The notes beneath the pieces were generated by a model. That model had not been told where the DNA came from, did not search any database, and saw only the letters and a program-made list of their open reading frames with translations. Of a stretch of DNA of 64,000 nucleotides, positions 60,007 to 64,000 are shown one piece after another. A program made the position numbers and the translations under genes. Origin of the DNA: Eledone cirrhosa (lineage: Eukaryota). The stretch is from assembly GCA_964016885.1 (NCBI GenBank), contig OZ024743.1:132246001-132310000 (forward strand). Reading direction: 5' to 3'. Positions within the stretch are counted from its first letter, which is position 1, and each line of letters opens with the position of its first letter.

Positions 60007-62220
60007 GCTTGGTGCTTGGTGTTTGGTGCTTGGTGCTTGGTGCTTGGTGTTTGGTGCTTGGTGCTTGGTGCTTGTTGTTTGGTGCTTGGTGCTTGGTGCT
60101 TGGTCTTTGGTTCTTGGTGTTTGGTGTTTGGTGCTTGGTGCTTGGTGTTTGGTGCTTGGTGCTTGGTGCTTGGTGTTTGGTGCTTGGTGCTTGGTGATTA
60201 GTGTTTGTTGCTTGGTGTTTGGGGTTTGGTGGTTGGTGCTTGGTGCTTGGTGTTTGGTGTTTGGTGTTTGGTGTTTGGTGTTTGCTGTTTGGTGTCTGCT
60301 TTTTGGTGTTTGGTGTTTGCTGTATGGTCTTTGCTGTTTGGTGTTTGGTGTTTGCTGTTTGGTGTTTGGTGCATGGTGCTTGGTGTTTGGTGCTTGGTGC
60401 CTGGTGCTTGGTGTTTGGTGCTTGGTGTTTGGTGCTTGGTGTTTGGTGTTTGGTGTTTGCTGTTTGGTGTTTGCTGTTTGGTGTTTGGTGTTTGGTGATT
60501 GCTGTTTGGTGCTTGGTGCTTGGTGTTTGGTGTTTGGTGTTTGGTGCTTGGTGCTTGGTATTTGGTGCTTGGTGCTTGGTACTGGGTGTTTGGTGCTTGG
60601 TGCTTGGTGTTTGGTGCTTGGTGCTTGGTGCTTGGTGTTTGGTCCTTGGTGCTTGGTGCTTGGTCTTTGATGCTTGGGGTTTGGTGTTTGGTGCTTGGTG
60701 CTTGGTGTTTGCTGTTTGGTGTTTGGTGTTTGGTGCTTGCTGTTTGGTGCTTGGTGCTTGGTGTTTGGTGCTTGGTGTTTGGTCCTTGGTGATTAGTGTT
60801 TGGTGATTGGTGCTTGGGGTTTGGTGTTTGGTGCTTGGTGCTTGGTGTTTGGTGCTTGGTGCTTGGTGCTTGGTGTTTGGTGCTTGTTGCTTGGTGTTAG
60901 GTGTTTGGTGCTTGGTGCTTGGTGTTTGATGTTTGGTCCTTGGGGCTTGGTGCTTGGTGTTTGGTGTTTGGTGCTTGCTGCTTGGTGCTTGGTGTTTTGT
61001 GTTTGGAGTTTGGTGCTTGGTGTTTGGTGCTTCGGTCTTGGTGCTTGGTGTTTGGTGCTTGGTGCTTGGTGTTTGGTGCTTGGTGCCTGGTGCTTGGTGT
61101 TTGGTGCTTGGTGTTTGGTGTTTGGTGATTGGTGCTTGGTGTTTGGTGCTTGGTGCTTGGTGCTTGGTGTTAAGTGTTTAGTGCTTGGTGCTTGGTGTTT
61201 GATGTTTGGTGCTTGGTGCTTGGTGTTTGGTGTTTGGTGCTTGCTGCTTGGTGTTTGGTGTTTGGTGCTTGCTGCTTGCTGCTTGGTGTTTGGGGCTTGG
61301 TGATTGGTGCTTGGTGTTTTGTGCTTGGTGCTTGGTGTTTGGTGTTTGGTGCTAGGGGCTTGGTGCTTGGTGCTTCGTGTTTGGTGCTTGGTGCTTGCTG
61401 TTTGGTGTTTGGTGCTTGGTGCGTGGGACTTTGTGTTTGGTGTTTGGTGCTTGGTGTTTGGTGCTTGGTGCTTGGTGTTTGGTATTTGGTGCTTGCTGCT
61501 TGCTGCTTGTTGTTTCGTTCTTTGTGATTGGTGCTTGGTGCTTGGTGTTTGGTGCTTGGTGCTTGGTGTTTGGTGTTTGGTGCTTGGTGCTTGGGGCTTG
61601 GTGTTTGGTGCTTGGTGCTTGGTGCTTGGTGTTTGGTGTTTGGTGTTTGGTGCTTGGTGTTTGGTGCTTGATGCTTGGTGCTGGGTGGTTGGTGTTTGGT
61701 GCTTGGTGCTTGGTGTTTGGTGCTTGGTGCTTAGTGCTTGTTGTTTGGTGCTTGGTGCTTGGTGCTTGGTCTTTGGTTCTTGGTGTTTGGTGTTTGGTGC
61801 TTGGTGCTTGGTGTTTGGTGTTTGGTGCTTGGTGCTGGGTGGTTGGTGTTTGGTGCTTGGTGCTTGGTGTTTGGTGCTTGGTGCTTGGTGCTTGGTGTTT
61901 GGTGCTTGGTGCTTGGTGCTTGTTGTTTGGTGCTTGGTGCTTGGTGCTTGGTCTTTGGTTCTTGGTGTTTGGTGTTTGGTGCTTGGTGCTTGGTGTTTGG
62001 TGCTTGGTGCTTGGTGCTTGGTGTTTGGTGCTTGGTGCTTGGTGATTAGTGTTTGTTGCTTGGTGCTTGGGGTTTGGTGGTTGGTGCTTGGTGCTTGGTG
62101 TTTGGTGTTTGGTGTTTGGTGTTTGGTGTTTGCTGTTTGGTGTCTGCTTTTTGGTGTTTGGTGTTTGCTGTATGGTCTTTGCTGTTTGGTGTTTGGTGTT
62201 TGCTGTTTGGTGTTTGGTGC
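58511..62220 (+). repeat. Tandem duplication, period 1848 bp (264 monomers)
   Basis: ORFs 58952/60800, 59456/61304 and 60201/62049. About 6-7 substitutions seen, for example 59089/60937, 59679/61527 and 60218/62066. Confidence 0.92.
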
Positions 62221-64000
62221 TTGGTGTTTGGTGTTTGGTGCTTGGTGCTTGGTGTTTGGCGTTTGGTGCTTGGTACTGGGTGTTTGGTGCTTGGTGCTTG
62301 GTGTTTGGTGCTTGGTGCTTGGTGCTTGGTGTTTGGTCCTTGGTGCTTGGTGCTTGGTCTTTGATGCTTGGGGTCTGGTGTTTGGTGCTTGGTGCTTGGT
62401 GTTTGATGCTTGGTGCTTGGTGCTTGGTGTTTGCTGTTTAGTGTTTGGTGTTTGGTGCTTGCTGTTTGGTGCTTGGTGCTTGGTGTTTGGTGGTTGGTGT
62501 TTGGTGCTTGGTGATTAGTGTTTGGTGATTGGTGCTTGGGGTTTGGTGTTTGGTGCTTGGTGATTGGTGTTTGGTGCTTGGTGCTTGGTGCTTGGTGTTT
62601 GGTGCTTGTTGCTTGGCGTTTGGTGCTTGGTGCTTGGTGTTTGGTGCTTGGTGTTTGGTACTTGGTGCTTGGTGCTTGGTGCTTGGTGTTAGGTGTTTGG
62701 TGCTTGGTGCTTGGTGTTTGATGTTTGGTCCTTGGTGCTTGGTGTTTGGTGTTTGGTGCTTGGTGCTTGGTGTTTGGTGTTTGGTGCTTGCTGCTTGGTG
62801 CCTGGTGTTTTGTGTTTGGAGTTTGGTGCTTGGTGTTTGGTGCTTCGGTCTTGGTGCTTGGTGTTTGGTGCTTGGTGCTTGGTGTTTGGTGCTTGGTGCC
62901 TGGTGCTTGGTGTTTGGTGCTTGGTGTTTGGTGTTTGGTGATTGGTGCTTGGTATTTGGTGCATGGTGCTTGGTGCTTGGTGCTTGGTGTTAAGTGTTTG
63001 GTGCTTGGTGCTTGGTGTTTGATGTTTGCTGCTTGGTGCTTGGTGTTTGGTGTTTGGTGCTTGCTGCTTGGTGTTTGGTGTTTGGTGCTTGCTGCTTGCT
63101 GCTTGCTGCTTGGTGTTTGGTGCTTGGTGATTGGTGCTTGGTGTTTTGTGCTTGGTGCTTGGTGTTTGGTGTTTGGTGCTAGGGGCTTGGTTCTTGGTGC
63201 TTGGTGTTTGGTGCTTGGTGCTTGCTGTTTGGTGTTTGGTGCTTGGTGCGTGGGACTTCGTGTTTGGTGTTTGGTGCTTGGTGTTTGGTGCTTGGTGTTT
63301 GGGGCTTTGTGTTCGGTGCTTGGTGCTTCGTGCTTCGTGCTTGGTGTTTGGTGTTTGGTTCTTGGTGTTTGGTGTTTGATGTTGGGTCCTTGGTGCTTGG
63401 TGTTTGCTGTTTGGTGCTTGGTGTTTGGTGTTTGGTGCTTGCTGCTTGCTGCTTGTTGTTTCGTTCTTTGTGATTGGTGCTTGCTGCTTGGTGTTTGGTG
63501 CTTGGTGCTTGGTGTTTGGTGTTTGGTGCTTGGTGCTTGGGGCTTGGTGTTTGGTGCTTGGTGCTTGGTGCTTGGTGTTTGGTGTTTGGTGTTTGGTGCT
63601 TGGTGTTTGGAGCTTGGTGCTTGGTGCTGGGTGGTTGGTGTTTGGTGCTTGGTGCTTGGTGTTTGGTGCTTGGTGCTTAGTGCTTGTTGTTTGGTGCTTG
63701 GTGCTTGGTGCTTGGTCTTTGGTTCTTGGTGTTTGGTGTTTAGGTGCTTGGTGCTTGGTGTTTGGTGCTTGGTGCTTGGTGCTGGGTGGTTGGTGTTTGG
63801 TGCTTGGTGCTTGTTGTTTGGTGCTTGGTGCTTGGTGCTTGTTGTTTGGTGCTTGGTGCTTGGTGCTTGTTGTTTGGTGCTTGGTGCTTGGTGCTTGGTA
63901 TTTGGTTCTTGGTGTTTGGTGTTTGGTGCTTGGTGCTTGGTGTTTGGTGCTTGGTGCTTGGTGCTTGGTGTTTGGTGCTTGGTGCTTGGTGATTAGTGTT

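Larger units (their letters stand above)
1..64000 (+). repeat. Heptamer satellite array (TTGGTGY)n / (RCACCAA)n, ~9,150 monomers, running off both window ends
   Basis: Continuous TTGGTGC/TTGGTGT monomers from base 6 to the last TTAGTGT at 63993. The + strand is G/T-rich and almost A-free. No unique sequence or inversion seen. Monomer count is (63987+56)/7 = 9149, using hand-tracked indels. Confidence 0.99.

Noticed and set aside
2-63996. Hundreds of + strand ORFs encoding (WCLVLGA/WCLVFGV)n hydrophobic peptides
   Set aside because: Because 7 is coprime with 3, all three frames give the same stop-free peptide. There is no unique domain, no frame preference and no credible start context.
1-64000. 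CRISPR array or other repeat-spacer system
   Set aside because: No unique spacers; all sequence between landmarks is the same heptamer. No leader or cas genes.
1-64000. Identity with cyanobacterial STRR2 heptamer (TTKGTCA), Drosophila virilis ACAAACT satellites or plant TTTAGGG telomere repeat
   Set aside because: The monomer sequences differ, and STRR tracts are short rather than tens of kb. The organism cannot be assigned.
1-64000. Transposon insertions, inversions, hairpins or RNA genes
   Set aside because: No non-satellite sequence and no RCACCAA tract on the + strand. A nearly A-free, C-poor strand offers little Watson-Crick self-complementarity.
1-64000. The whole array as low-complexity sequencing noise
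   Set aside because: Rare variants recur in conserved order across diverged copies and the phase arithmetic closes exactly, which random error would not produce. Only the copy number of the near-identical blocks remains in doubt.

Overview
The whole window is one uninterrupted, single-orientation heptamer satellite array, (TTGGTGY)n on + and (RCACCAA)n on -, with about 9,150 monomers. TTGGTGC and TTGGTGT are co-dominant and are interspersed with recurrent point variants. I find no genes, RNA genes, mobile elements or CRISPR array, and every ORF in the track is an artefact of the 7-bp period. The variant monomers act as landmarks for a hidden hierarchy: an older sub-kilobase module layer, a ~2.1-2.4 kb higher-order unit, and nested near-identical duplications (offsets 329, 349, 441, 684, 1848, 2899, 3061, 4050, ~4150-4220, 4228/4284, 4901 and 8842 bp). 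Wherever I counted, these offsets resolve into whole numbers of monomers, and several events can be placed in relative order. The array has three sub-domains: ~1-18.5 kb, ~18.5-40.3 kb and ~40.3-64 kb. The organism and chromosomal role (centromeric, pericentromeric or telomere-like) cannot be determined from the sequence. All counts are by eye and need computational confirmation.
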